From sequence record PP763253.1: a DNA stretch of 64,000 nucleotides; one strand, written 5' to 3'. The position numbers and the translations under genes are program-made. Below the pieces are notes generated by a model. That model made no database searches. It had not been told where the DNA came from and was given only the letters and a program-made list of their open reading frames with translations. This document shows, piece by piece, positions 45,219-54,296 of the stretch (the stretch's first letter is position 1; every line of letters begins with the position of its first letter). This stretch comes from Acinetobacter phage Ab1-TPeters.

Positions 45219-45587
45219 ATGCATCAGTTTAATATTACTAAATTCCCTATGACTTCAGAGCTTCTTGAACGTGAGAAAGCTCCTAAGATTGCTGACATCT
45301 TACAAAACTTGCTGGCTGATTTGCAAGTTGAAGCTGAAGTCGATCTTCGAACTGATTACTCTGGTCGATTTATGTACGGCTCAACTTGTTTAGGTTTAGT
45401 TGGAATGCCAGCTGATCTTGAAAATGTTATCAATTCCTTCCTTATGTTTATCACATTAGATCTTGCTGATTCAGATCCAGACTGGCTTCAGAACTTGATA
45501 ACTATGATTAACAGTCGTTGCATAGATGACATGGGTAAGGGTAAGATCTATTACTGGCCTATGTTCTCTAACGAATCTACATATTAA
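45219..45587 (+). CDS. hypothetical protein
   Basis: 122 aa. Preceded by motif 1. Confidence 0.45.
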   Translation: MHQFNITKFPMTSELLEREKAPKIADILQNLLADLQVEAEVDLRTDYSGRFMYGSTCLGLVGMPADLENVINSFLMFITLDLADSDPDWLQNLITMINSRCIDDMGKGKIYYWPMFSNESTY

Positions 45588-45658
45588 TTAAAATCTTGTT
45601 GAGAGAAGTTGCTAGCTTCTCTCACATCCTCAACAATCAATAGATAGGATATATTAAA

Positions 45659-46018
45659 ATGCGTCACTTCGTTCTTCAATGGAAACATACTCGTCAATTC
45701 GAATTCGTTCAGGGGGATAGCTGGAAGGATGCCTTCGAAGGTAACTTTCATCCTAAGGCAATGGCTAATGTCTTCAACTACGAAGAACTTTACCCTCACT
45801 TCATGCTACCTAAAATCCCAGAGGGAGTTGTACCTTTAACTATTCTGTTCTCTGAATCAGGTCATGGCTTGATGATTAGAATGGTACGTGGGTCAGTTAC
45901 TCCTGAGCTAAGATCTGCTTTAATCTCTAAAAAGCTGTATAAAGATAGATCATACATGGAGAAAGCTGTGTATAAAGCTTTCAATGAGCTGTATAACTCG
46001 GGAGTGTCTAATGTCTAA
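45659..46018 (+). CDS. hypothetical protein
   Basis: 119-aa ORF. Confidence 0.4.
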   Translation: MRHFVLQWKHTRQFEFVQGDSWKDAFEGNFHPKAMANVFNYEELYPHFMLPKIPEGVVPLTILFSESGHGLMIRMVRGSVTPELRSALISKKLYKDRSYMEKAVYKAFNELYNSGVSNV

Positions 46019-46421
46019 ACCACTATTAGTTCAAGGAAGCTACGTAAAACTACGTGCTGGATCAGTAGCTGAAGTTATTTCGGTTCTGAAGTCTAAGGGT
46101 TATATTTACGCTCCTGTAAGTAATTGTCGTTACTTGGCAACGATTTTCTCGATAACTCTTCGTGATTTGCTTAGTAATGGTGAGTTCAGGGAGGTTACTC
46201 TGAACTATGTCAAGAAAGAGCCTAATTTATATCTTCAATACGAAAACAGCAGAGAGCTTAGCAAGTCTGGCAGTAATATAGTCGATGTAATTTCCAAAGA
46301 GGATTACATTAAAATTACTCTGGATAGTTTACAAAAGATATACGACACTAATCGGAATAAAATAGCTGACATGAAGGCTCAACAGAAATCAATTAAATCT
46401 TTAATGGAGACTTTAGCATGA
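46011..46421 (+). CDS. hypothetical protein
   Basis: Track 45984. An internal ATG overlapping the upstream stop is the likelier start. Confidence 0.35.
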   Translation: MSKPLLVQGSYVKLRAGSVAEVISVLKSKGYIYAPVSNCRYLATIFSITLRDLLSNGEFREVTLNYVKKEPNLYLQYENSRELSKSGSNIVDVISKEDYIKITLDSLQKIYDTNRNKIADMKAQQKSIKSLMETLA

Positions 46422-46669
46422 AAGAATTACTGTCAGGTTACCCTGTAGGTCAGATAGTTTGTATTAGCTCTGAGCGAGTTATTAATCCAGTTTCTATTCC
46501 ACTAGAGGAAGCTGAAAAGCTAGTTGCTGATTACACTGCTGGTTTAGATATTCACTCAGAACGAGCTCGTCGTGAATTTGGTGATAACTTCACTCCAGAA
46601 CAGCGACTAATTGCTAAACGTAAAAACTTCTTGAGCTTCTATAGCTCATCATTACCTAAAAACAAATAA
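46418..46669 (+). CDS. hypothetical protein
   Basis: 83-aa ORF. Confidence 0.35.
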   Translation: MKELLSGYPVGQIVCISSERVINPVSIPLEEAEKLVADYTAGLDIHSERARREFGDNFTPEQRLIAKRKNFLSFYSSSLPKNK

Positions 46670-46681
46670 GAGAGAACTTCT

Positions 46682-47143
46682 ATGAAACTTAATTTTAATA
46701 AAGGCAACAATGAGGCTTCAGTTGCTAAGTGGAATAACATCGTTGTATTATTAACTTCTGGGGAAACTGGCGAACAAGAAGTTATGTTCACTGGTGTATC
46801 TAAATCTGGTAAGGCTTTGTTTGCTAAATTGGCAGATGGAGTTAAAGTCAATGCTCCTGAGGGAGTTCGCTCAACTGGGTCAATGTGCTGTGAGTACGGT
46901 CATGGTTTAGATGAGAACAACATTGAATATGACTTTACTCCTGGTTTAATGCACCGTTACTTATACATTTCCAGATACGAGCCTAGCTTCCCTCAGTTTA
47001 CTACCCCAGCTATTGGTGGGATCTACTACTTGACTCAGTACAAAGGTGACTGGAAAGTTGCTGGTGTAGATGACCCTAGCTTGTTGAATGACTTCCTTCA
47101 CTTAAACACAACTTACCAATCTCTGGAGAAGTCAAATGGCTAA
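46682..47143 (+). CDS. hypothetical protein
   Basis: 153-aa ORF. Confidence 0.4.
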   Translation: MKLNFNKGNNEASVAKWNNIVVLLTSGETGEQEVMFTGVSKSGKALFAKLADGVKVNAPEGVRSTGSMCCEYGHGLDENNIEYDFTPGLMHRYLYISRYEPSFPQFTTPAIGGIYYLTQYKGDWKVAGVDDPSLLNDFLHLNTTYQSLEKSNG

Positions 47144-47507
47144 TGTAAGAATTCGTCACGTACGTCCAGGCAAAACAGTTTACGTAGCTTCTCCTTATTA
47201 CGATGGCTTAGAGAAGTGGGTTCTTCAGTCTGGCCCAGTTGATACAATTGTAGGCTCAAAGGACTTCGTAAATGTAAAGGCAACTTGCCTTAAGTCTGGA
47301 TATGAACTTAAATTTATGAGTCAGCGTTCCCTTAAAGATGCTGGGATTATTCCTAATAACTATAACGGAGCACGTTCGTTTACTAAATTAAGCGAAGCTA
47401 AGCGCTGGTTAAAACAGGCACATAAGGATCCTAGTCTTATTGACATTCTTAATCCTAAAGAAGACTCTGATTTTATTGATATGGATTGGGGTGATTATTG
47501 GGAATGA
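47136..47507 (+). CDS. hypothetical protein
   Basis: 123 aa. Its stop abuts motif 1. Confidence 0.4.
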   Translation: MANVRIRHVRPGKTVYVASPYYDGLEKWVLQSGPVDTIVGSKDFVNVKATCLKSGYELKFMSQRSLKDAGIIPNNYNGARSFTKLSEAKRWLKQAHKDPSLIDILNPKEDSDFIDMDWGDYWE

Positions 47508-47508
47508 T

Positions 47509-47545
47509 CCTGTTTGTTAAACATTGTTCAAACCTGTTAAGGTAA
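47509..47545 (+). promoter_or_regulatory. motif-1 (CCTGTTTGTTAA-N12-CCTGTTAAGGTAA)
   Basis: After the stop of 47136..47507; upstream of 47585. Confidence 0.45.
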
Positions 47546-47584
47546 GGGCGTCTGTCTTTACTTTAACAAACTGAGATTTACATT

Positions 47585-47779
47585 ATGCTAAAAATTCTTG
47601 TATTAATCGTTGGGTTCGCTATTCTCTTGACTTTAGGTTTCCTTATCAACAAACGTCAAAAAGCCTACGAAGCTAAATTGAGAGAAGAAGCTAAACAACG
47701 TCGCTTGAAGTCTTTACGTGATCGTCAATTAAGCAAACGTGAACTAGCTGCTATTGAATATAATCTGGAGTGTGACTGA
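47585..47779 (+). CDS. small single-TM protein
   Basis: 64 aa. N-terminal TM 'ILVLIVGFAILLTLGFLI' then a highly charged tail. Preceded by motif 1. Confidence 0.4.
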   Translation: MLKILVLIVGFAILLTLGFLINKRQKAYEAKLREEAKQRRLKSLRDRQLSKRELAAIEYNLECD

Positions 47780-47949
47780 TGATCACTCTTAAGTTCTTTC
47801 TTGAATCAATTGTAATAGCTGCTATAGCTTGCTTGTTCATGATCGCAATGATAAAGGCTAGTGATCGTGAATTCAGACTCAAACTGGAACATGAATGTAG
47901 TTCAGGTGACTTATATTCATGTTCTGAATTAAATAAAATTCCGGAGTAA
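47779..47949 (+). CDS. small single-TM protein (56 aa)
   Basis: Not in the track. 'MITLKFFLESIVIAAIACLFMIAMIKASD..'. ATG overlaps the upstream stop (ATGA) after 'AATCTGGAGTGTGACTG'. Confidence 0.3.
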   Translation: MITLKFFLESIVIAAIACLFMIAMIKASDREFRLKLEHECSSGDLYSCSELNKIPE

Positions 47950-48048
47950 TATTGTGAGTAAACAAGTTGACAAACGAATTGCAGTTATTGCTGAGCGCTT
48001 AATGGTTATTAAGCTTCGTCGTAATTTAGAAAGAAAGAAGGTGAAGAA

Positions 48049-48303
48049 GTGAGATCTATGTATCATGGATGGAGAACTGATTTGATTCTACTTAGATTCA
48101 AAGAGCTTCACCCTAAACGTAAAGCACTCAAGATGAAGATAAAGGCACGTGGCTTACCTGAGTCTATGGAACTGTGCCGATTGACTATGTGTATTATTGA
48201 AATGAGATCTGTCCTCAAATATCGTGGAGTCACTAATATTAAAGAAGCACTTCGAGATCCAGCTAATTTAGTCTGGAGTTGCCCAGTTAAGGAAGTTAGG
48301 TAA
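48049..48303 (+). CDS. hypothetical protein
   Basis: 84-aa ORF. Confidence 0.35.
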   Translation: MRSMYHGWRTDLILLRFKELHPKRKALKMKIKARGLPESMELCRLTMCIIEMRSVLKYRGVTNIKEALRDPANLVWSCPVKEVR

Positions 48304-48536
48304 TGCCTATTTCAGTTCGAATTTACAATAACGGTGACACAATTATCAACGTTGTTCACCCAGACCACATTGCTGACCACATTGAATACAATTGTGATTT
48401 CAGATGGGGATGTGCACTGGTAGTTGATGGTGAGATCAAGAATAAAGGATATCTGGATGAGTCTCGAATTATGGAGATTTATAATTCAGCAAAACTACCT
48501 GACCCAACTAAATTCACACCAATACCTTACCGCTAG
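48303..48536 (+). CDS. hypothetical protein
   Basis: 77 aa. Followed by a strong terminator. Confidence 0.4.
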   Translation: MPISVRIYNNGDTIINVVHPDHIADHIEYNCDFRWGCALVVDGEIKNKGYLDESRIMEIYNSAKLPDPTKFTPIPYR

Positions 48537-48547
48537 AATCTCTAAAC

Positions 48548-48590
48548 TCCCCTCAAGAGCTGTTTACTTTTGAGGGGAGTTTTTATTTAC
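48548..48590 (+). terminator. rho-independent terminator (CTCCCCTCAAGAGCTGTTTACTTTTGAGGGGAG + TTTTTATTT)
   Basis: Long perfect stem plus a T-run after 48303..48536. Confidence 0.7.
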
Positions 48591-48899
48591 CCAACAATCG
48601 AGGATATTATGAAGAAATACATTATGTCAGTGGAGGTGCCGTCAGTTCTTGACTCACCTTTAATTCAATTTAATACAATGCTAAATGACAAGACTCATCG
48701 TGAGGCTTTTAAGCTAGTTATCAAACAAGAAGCTCTTTCACCTAACTATCTGGATAAGTTGAATAATTCTGAGGTTCGTGAACGAGTTGCTAAGGTAATT
48801 GCCAAGTCAATAGATAAATTTGTTGAGTCAGGTTCAGTTCTTACTTCAAAGACTAATCGAACACCTTCAGTTAGAATTTCAGTAAAACCTGTTCCTTAA
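48570..48899 (+). CDS. hypothetical protein
   Basis: 109 aa. Its stop lies inside the motif-1 first half-site. Confidence 0.4.
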   Translation: MRGVFIYPTIEDIMKKYIMSVEVPSVLDSPLIQFNTMLNDKTHREAFKLVIKQEALSPNYLDKLNNSEVRERVAKVIAKSIDKFVESGSVLTSKTNRTPSVRISVKPVP

Positions 48900-48926
48900 C
48901 ATTGGATAAAGCCTGTTTAAAATGAT
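48888..48926 (+). promoter_or_regulatory. motif-1 (CCTGTTCCTTAA-N12-CCTGTTTAAAATGAT + hairpin GGGGAAAGCCCC)
   Basis: The first half-site contains the stop of 48570..48899; upstream of 48955. Confidence 0.45.
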
Positions 48927-48954
48927 AGGGGAAAGCCCCGCAGGAGTATAAATC

Positions 48955-49260
48955 ATGTATAAAACAGCTTTAATCGCGACTATTTGCCTCTTAGCGGCAG
49001 GGAAACCTTCCGCTTTAATTTGGGAATATAATACCTCAAATGAGCGTGAAATGGTCATAAAACGTACAGTTCAGAAGGATTTACGCTTACCTTACGATGA
49101 ACGTCATAAAGTTGCGAGATATGATGCTTCAGTATATTATAAGTGTGAGTCTGGAATTGCTATGAAATACAATGTTAAGACAGGTGAAGTCGTTGAGATC
49201 AAGTCAGGTTGTTATCTAGATGTACCTGAGGGTAAATCTAGATTGCCTCGATTCCTATAA
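48955..49260 (+). CDS. secreted protein (signal peptide)
   Basis: N-terminal 'MYKTALIATICLLAAGKPSA'. Preceded by motif 1. Confidence 0.45.
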   Translation: MYKTALIATICLLAAGKPSALIWEYNTSNEREMVIKRTVQKDLRLPYDERHKVARYDASVYYKCESGIAMKYNVKTGEVVEIKSGCYLDVPEGKSRLPRFL

Positions 49261-49270
49261 ACCAACCAAT

Positions 49271-49310
49271 CGAAAACTCGAAATTGACTCCAAACGCTGT
49301 TTAAGTGCCG
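49271..49310 (+). promoter_or_regulatory. extended motif-2 variant (AAAACTCGAAATTGACTCCAAACGCTGTTTAAGTGCC)
   Basis: Upstream of the DNA ligase gene. Confidence 0.45.
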
Positions 49311-49375
49311 GCAGGGGGCAGGATTTCAGAGAGTTTAATGAGTGGAGTTAATAAGTAATTTATTAATTTAATTAA

Positions 49376-51217
49376 GTGAGAAGTGAAGTGATTGAATTAG
49401 AAAATAAGGTAGTTGAAGCAAGTAAGGCTTACTATTCAGGTAATCCTATAATGAGTGACTCAGCATTTGATGAAATGATTGATGAGTTACGTAAAGTACA
49501 TCCTGAGTCAGAGTTGTTAAATACAGTTGGCTGGGGAGGTGAAGTAAATGAATCTCACTTAGAGAAATTCCCTCATTCTACTTTCATTGGTGGACTTCCT
49601 GAAATTAAGATTCACAATATTGAATCATTACCAGAATCTGAATTCTATGTTGAGTCAGATAAACTGGATGGAATTACAGGTGTAGCTTACTATGAAAACG
49701 GTGAACTAGTTCGAGTTCTTACTCGATTTGATGGTAAAGAAGGACTTGATATAACTAAGAACTTAGAGTATGCTAATATTCCTAAATCAGTTCCTGTAGG
49801 AATCAAATCAGTTCGAGGTGAAGTTCTTATTACCAGAAAGGATTTTGATGAAGTCTTATCTGAGCATTATTCGAATGAGCGTAACGCTGTAGCTGGAATG
49901 TGTAATCAGAAGAATCTAAGTGATGAACTTAAGAAATATATTAAGTTTGTTGCATATGATATTCCTGAATCAGAAGATTTACCTCACTTGAAATCTAAGT
50001 GGGATAAGCTACGTATGATTGAAGCATGTAAATTTAACCCAGTAAACTATACAGTTCACCTATCTAGAGACTCAGTAATTCAGAGTTTAAAAGAATTCAA
50101 TCCCTACGAGAGATCAATTGAATTTCTTCTTGATGGCGCAGTTGTAGATATCCAGTCTGAAAATAAAACTGTCAAGGTAAAGTACCCAGCTGTAATAAAA
50201 GAAGTTGAAGTAGTCTGTGTAATCTGGCAGCAATCAAAACACGGTAAACTTATTCCAGTAATTCAGACTAAACCAATTGAACTTGACGGAGCAATGGTTA
50301 CTCGGTTTAGTGGATTCAATGCTAAGGCCATTAGCGATAACGGAATTGGAGCTGGAGCAATAATTAAAGTTTGTAGATCAAACATGGTTATTCCTCACTG
50401 GCATTCAACAGTAAAATCAACTCAACCAGATTTACCTGAAGAGGTATATGGTGAAAAGGTTTATTGGGATGGTGTTCATCTAGCTGTGTCAGTGGATGTA
50501 AAGAAACCTTTCCTACATAACTTACTAGCAGTGAATAAGGTTGACGGAATAGGCTGGACTGCAATCACAGAAGCAGTTTCAGTTCTAGGAATTCAAGATG
50601 CATCTCAACTGGTTAACATTTCTAGATTGATCAAAGAGCATAAACCCACAGCTAACTTGATTGTCGGAACTAAGAATCTCTTAGATCACTTCGGGGACAG
50701 TGTTCGTTACCATAAGTTAATTCAAACTTTAGAGAACATCACTAGCCGGACTTACACAATTGCGGATTTGATCGAAATGATGAATCTGAAAGGTGTAGGT
50801 GGAACTGCAGCTCATACTATTGGTCGTGAGGTAAGTCATGGTGAATTCCTATGGATGCTAAGTGATGGAGCTCTTTCAGAAGATCTGGCTAAGAAGTTAC
50901 CTAATTACGTAGCTTGTAATTCTATTATTGAGAATAGATCATATATTCTTGAAATTCTAGAATTAGATCTTGAGATTGTAGACTACGTAGTTGAAGAGCC
51001 TAAAGAAGGATTGAAGGTATGTGCAACTGGGTCACTTTCAATGACTAGAAGCAAGTTGTTTAATGAATGGGCTAAACACGGAGTAATTGAGACAGATGCT
51101 GGAAAAGCTGACGTTTTAGTTTGTTCAGGTGAGGGCTCATCTAAGTGGAAAACTGCTAAGAAACGTGGTATTCCTATTTTAACTGAAGAAGAGTTCGTCT
51201 CTCAATATCTCAAGTGA
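49376..51217 (+). CDS. NAD+-dependent DNA ligase (LigA-like)
   Basis: N-terminal Ia-like 'KAYYSGNPIMSDSAFDEMIDELRKV'. Adenylation motif I 'KLDG'. 'TRFDGKEGLDIT' matches LigA motif III 'TRGDGxxGEDIT'. 613 aa. GTG start per track; preceded by an extended motif-2 copy. Confidence 0.7.
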   Translation: MRSEVIELENKVVEASKAYYSGNPIMSDSAFDEMIDELRKVHPESELLNTVGWGGEVNESHLEKFPHSTFIGGLPEIKIHNIESLPESEFYVESDKLDGITGVAYYENGELVRVLTRFDGKEGLDITKNLEYANIPKSVPVGIKSVRGEVLITRKDFDEVLSEHYSNERNAVAGMCNQKNLSDELKKYIKFVAYDIPESEDLPHLKSKWDKLRMIEACKFNPVNYTVHLSRDSVIQSLKEFNPYERSIEFLLDGAVVDIQSENKTVKVKYPAVIKEVEVVCVIWQQSKHGKLIPVIQTKPIELDGAMVTRFSGFNAKAISDNGIGAGAIIKVCRSNMVIPHWHSTVKSTQPDLPEEVYGEKVYWDGVHLAVSVDVKKPFLHNLLAVNKVDGIGWTAITEAVSVLGIQDASQLVNISRLIKEHKPTANLIVGTKNLLDHFGDSVRYHKLIQTLENITSRTYTIADLIEMMNLKGVGGTAAHTIGREVSHGEFLWMLSDGALSEDLAKKLPNYVACNSIIENRSYILEILELDLEIVDYVVEEPKEGLKVCATGSLSMTRSKLFNEWAKHGVIETDAGKADVLVCSGEGSSKWKTAKKRGIPILTEEEFVSQYLK

Positions 51218-51224
51218 GGTAACT

Positions 51225-51602
51225 ATGAAATATATCCTTGGTTTACTCTTACTAATTCCATTAAGCTCTTTGGCTAAACCAGCTAAACTAACTGCAGATC
51301 AGATTGATTGTTCAGCAGTTAGAGCTATGTCTTATGAAATAATGGTTAAGCGTCAGTATTCAACTGAAACTCCTGAATCTTTGTTTAATAAAGTTAATAA
51401 ATCTGCATATCTGGATAACAAAGTTAAGTCGGCATTCGAAGTTATCATATACGATTCTTTTGACTATGACTTAGCTGAAACTAAACAAGGTAAAGATTAC
51501 AGAGTCAAAGATTTCTCTGACTTCTGGTATAGAAAATGTAATTACGGCAGATACTTTTACTCAGATCCAGTTAATAGAGTTATAAATTGGACAAAGTACT
51601 AA
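51225..51602 (+). CDS. secreted protein (signal peptide)
   Basis: N-terminal 'MKYILGLLLLIPLSSLAKP'. Confidence 0.45.
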   Translation: MKYILGLLLLIPLSSLAKPAKLTADQIDCSAVRAMSYEIMVKRQYSTETPESLFNKVNKSAYLDNKVKSAFEVIIYDSFDYDLAETKQGKDYRVKDFSDFWYRKCNYGRYFYSDPVNRVINWTKY

Positions 51603-51634
51603 AAACACTTTAAAAGTAGGAAAAACGCTGTTTT

Positions 51635-51690
51635 CCTGTTTCTTAAACAATCTACAAGCCTGTTGAAATGTCGGGGCGGTTCGAACCGCC
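51635..51690 (+). promoter_or_regulatory. motif-1 (CCTGTTTCTTAA-N12-CCTGTTGAAATGT + perfect hairpin GGCGGTTCGAACCGCC)
   Basis: Upstream of 51725. Followed by TATAATAT and ACTGGAGT. Confidence 0.5.
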
Positions 51691-51724
51691 TTATACTTTT
51701 ATAATATACACTGGAGTTTATATC

Positions 51725-52345
51725 ATGGCTACTAAAATTTCGAAAATCGTTGTTGCTTTAGAAGGTGCTGCAATTGAGGTTAACGGTCTATCTTACAAAG
51801 TAAGTCAAGGTGCTTTGTATGATGCAGATGGTGAAAAATTAACTCCACGAAAGTTAGGCACAACTTGGTCTGAAATCTTCGAAATGTCTGGAATAAATTT
51901 GGATCCTAAGAAATCTGAACTTGCTTCTTCAGAAGACATTATTGAAGAAGTAAAGAATACTAAGGTAGATGTTCCTGAGAATAAGGATGACTCTTCAAAC
52001 AATCAACAAGACAGTAAACAAGATAGTCAGAACGATCAACAGGATAACCGAGGTCGTCAACCTCGAAAAGAGATAGCTTCTGACGCTAACTTGGAATATT
52101 ACACAACTCCAGGACAGAAAGCTGCTCTAGCTCCAATTTATGAGAAGTCTGATAATAAGACAGCTCAAATGATTATGAGCTACTGGAAAGATGAGATGGA
52201 TCGTGCCACAGTTGTACGAGTTAATCGCGATCAAGTTCTTGAGCTTGATGAAGTGTTTAAGGCTGCGTTAGAAACAGGTGAACACAATATCCCATCACGT
52301 ACATTGAATTCGTTGAAAGCGAAACACGTTGCATTATCTAAATAA
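51725..52345 (+). CDS. hypothetical protein with acidic/Gln-rich linker
   Basis: Track start 51668 lies inside the motif-1 hairpin. The ATG at 51725 after 'TATAATATACACTGGAGTTTATATC' is the likelier start. Confidence 0.45.
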   Translation: MATKISKIVVALEGAAIEVNGLSYKVSQGALYDADGEKLTPRKLGTTWSEIFEMSGINLDPKKSELASSEDIIEEVKNTKVDVPENKDDSSNNQQDSKQDSQNDQQDNRGRQPRKEIASDANLEYYTTPGQKAALAPIYEKSDNKTAQMIMSYWKDEMDRATVVRVNRDQVLELDEVFKAALETGEHNIPSRTLNSLKAKHVALSK

Positions 52346-52351
52346 GATTAC

Positions 52352-52380
52352 GGGGAGTTTAGGCTCCCCTAATTTTTGTA
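52352..52380 (+). terminator. rho-independent terminator (GGGGAGTTTAGGCTCCCC + TAATTTTTG)
   Basis: After 51725..52345. Confidence 0.65.
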
Positions 52381-52418
52381 CTTAGGATTTACGCTGGATA
52401 GGTCTCTGAAATAACCTG

Positions 52419-52436
52419 AAAAGCTGTTTTTAGTAG
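52419..52436 (+). promoter_or_regulatory. motif-2 core (AAAAGCTGTTTTTAGTAG)
   Basis: Upstream of the P-loop kinase at 52448. Confidence 0.4.
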
Positions 52437-52447
52437 AGGTGAATAAG

Positions 52448-53170
52448 ATGTCGTTAAACAAATATTCAGTGGTTTTCTCAGGGACTCAAGGTTCAGGTAA
52501 AACCACTTTAACAAACGCTTGGTCAAAATTAGCTGGAATTCCATATAAAGCAGTTGAGACTAGAAAGTACGTGCCTGAGGGCATTTCTTCACATAAAGAT
52601 ATTATTAATCTTTCTGTAACTAACCCTGAAGTAGCTATTAAATTCCAATCTGATTTAATTCAGAACCGATTCAAACTCTTCAGTGAGTTAATGGAATCAG
52701 ATCAAAAGTTCACTAGTGATCGTGCTGTCATTGACAGTTATGTTTATTACTTGATGCATAACTCAATGTTTGCATGTGAAGAGAACAATCTAGCAAATAA
52801 TGGATTTACTCAAGCAAGTGTTGGTCTATACGATCTAACTGTCTTAATAAATCCTAAGCCTATACATGTTGAAGACGACAGCTTCAGAATTTCAAATTTA
52901 TTCTACAACCGTGCCTATGCTGATTTACATAAGGCTACAACACTTAGAATTTATGATGCGATTTTCGGTAATGCTAAGACATTGTCTAGCTACTCTCACG
53001 AAGGTGAGTTATACAATAATCTTCGCTCTTCAATAACTATGCATGTAGCTAAAACTCAATCTGGATATAAGCGTGGATTGATTATTCTTAATGAACCAGA
53101 TGGTATGATTCCAACTGAAAAACGCTTAAACCTAATTTCTAACGCAGTAAATGCATTTGACCAAATGTAA
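52448..53170 (+). CDS. P-loop nucleoside/nucleotide kinase-like protein
   Basis: 'VVFSGTQGSGKTTLTN' Walker A at the N-terminus. About 240 aa. Directly upstream of the TS-fold enzyme and preceded by motif 2. Confidence 0.5.
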   Translation: MSLNKYSVVFSGTQGSGKTTLTNAWSKLAGIPYKAVETRKYVPEGISSHKDIINLSVTNPEVAIKFQSDLIQNRFKLFSELMESDQKFTSDRAVIDSYVYYLMHNSMFACEENNLANNGFTQASVGLYDLTVLINPKPIHVEDDSFRISNLFYNRAYADLHKATTLRIYDAIFGNAKTLSSYSHEGELYNNLRSSITMHVAKTQSGYKRGLIILNEPDGMIPTEKRLNLISNAVNAFDQM

Positions 53171-53179
53171 GGAAATAAA

Positions 53180-54229
53180 ATGAAATCTTTTGCAGTGCAA
53201 AGTGCCAATCAAGCATTATATGAGTTGACTCAAGAATGTAAGAATGAAGGCTTTAGTTATTCAACAGAAACTTCTCATAATTCAACACCAGTTGTTTCAC
53301 TAGGTCTAACTCACTTAGAGCTTACTAATCCACTAAATCGCTTTATTAATATTAAAGGTCGAAATACTAACATCTTTGGTATTATTGGTGAGTGCATCTG
53401 GGTTCTATCTGGTTCAGCTGAACTAGGTGATTGGATGAAAACTTTAGTTCCTCGATCACCAGATTATGCAGATAATGGTGATACATGGCGTGCAGGTTAT
53501 GGCGAACGAATCTATTACAATGGTCAGATCAACTCTGTAATTGACAGATTAAAACGAGATAATAAAACTCGTCAAGCAGTTCTCTCAATTTATGACCCTA
53601 GCCGTGACACAGATGCTGGAATTAGTGCGGAAATCGGTTCTATTAATACCAAAGATCACGTTTGTAATATGTCAATGGCGTTTAAGATTCGTGATGGCAA
53701 GCTAAACATGACTCTGTTCAACCGCAGTAATGATATCTACTGGGGTTTGTTAAATGTTAACGTTCCAGAATTCACTCTTATTCAAGAGATCATTGCTGCT
53801 TACGTTGGTGTTGAAGTCGGTTCATATAATATTATCTCAGATGATTGTCATATGTATCAAATGCCAGTCATCATGAAACAAGCAGAAGCTGTAATTGAAA
53901 ATTATAACTGGATTGATTCGACAGGTCATGACGATCGTAAGTTGGAATTAAGCCCTAAGATTAATAATATTAATCTTTTGAGAAAGTTCTGTGAGCGAAT
54001 TATCTTTGAATCTGAGATTACTAACGAGAATTCAATTGAGGATTATGATCGTCGAATTCTTTCTATTATTGAAGAGTTTAAAGTTACTGGCAAATTAGCA
54101 GATTACGTTAAAATGGCTTGTTACTATTATGCTTCAACTCTAGGTGTAATTTACCCACGCCTTCGTGATTTAGAATCGTCTTATCTGGAAGAGTTAATCG
54201 ATAACTCTTACTTCAATCCCACGAAGTAA
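53180..54229 (+). CDS. divergent thymidylate-synthase-fold enzyme (dNMP C5-methylase/hydroxymethylase family)
   Basis: 'CNMSMAFKIRDGKLNMTLFNRSNDIYWGLLNVNVPEFTLIQEII..DDCHMY' aligns block-for-block with ThyA '[50 protein letters not shown]'. The catalytic Cys and the R-S pair are conserved, and an Asn sits near the ThyA N177 position. The canonical CH..QFYV block is not conserved. Confidence 0.65.
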   Translation: MKSFAVQSANQALYELTQECKNEGFSYSTETSHNSTPVVSLGLTHLELTNPLNRFINIKGRNTNIFGIIGECIWVLSGSAELGDWMKTLVPRSPDYADNGDTWRAGYGERIYYNGQINSVIDRLKRDNKTRQAVLSIYDPSRDTDAGISAEIGSINTKDHVCNMSMAFKIRDGKLNMTLFNRSNDIYWGLLNVNVPEFTLIQEIIAAYVGVEVGSYNIISDDCHMYQMPVIMKQAEAVIENYNWIDSTGHDDRKLELSPKINNINLLRKFCERIIFESEITNENSIEDYDRRILSIIEEFKVTGKLADYVKMACYYYASTLGVIYPRLRDLESSYLEELIDNSYFNPTK

Positions 54230-54237
54230 GATCCGTC

Positions 54238-54270
54238 AGCTCTTGATTCCGGTCAAGAGCTTTTTATTTT
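54238..54270 (+). terminator. rho-independent terminator (AGCTCTTGATTCCGGTCAAGAGCT + TTTTATTTT)
   Basis: After the TS-fold gene, before the HD gene ATG. Confidence 0.65.
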
Positions 54271-54296
54271 GTAATAAACAACGTAAGAGAAATGTA

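Noticed and set aside
53180-54229. Calling this gene plain thymidylate synthase (thyA)
   Set aside because: The fold and catalytic Cys are clearly ThyA-like. The near-invariant ThyA blocks (CHxxxQFYV, the folate-binding N-terminus) are not recognisable, and the protein is about 80 aa longer. I therefore did not assign thyA and flag it as a divergent TS-fold enzyme.
54243-54296. ORF-track start of the HD gene at 54243 (TTG)
   Set aside because: Those codons lie inside the AGCTCTTGATTCCGGTCAAGAGCT terminator hairpin and T-run of the upstream gene. The first ATG, at about 54297, is the plausible start.
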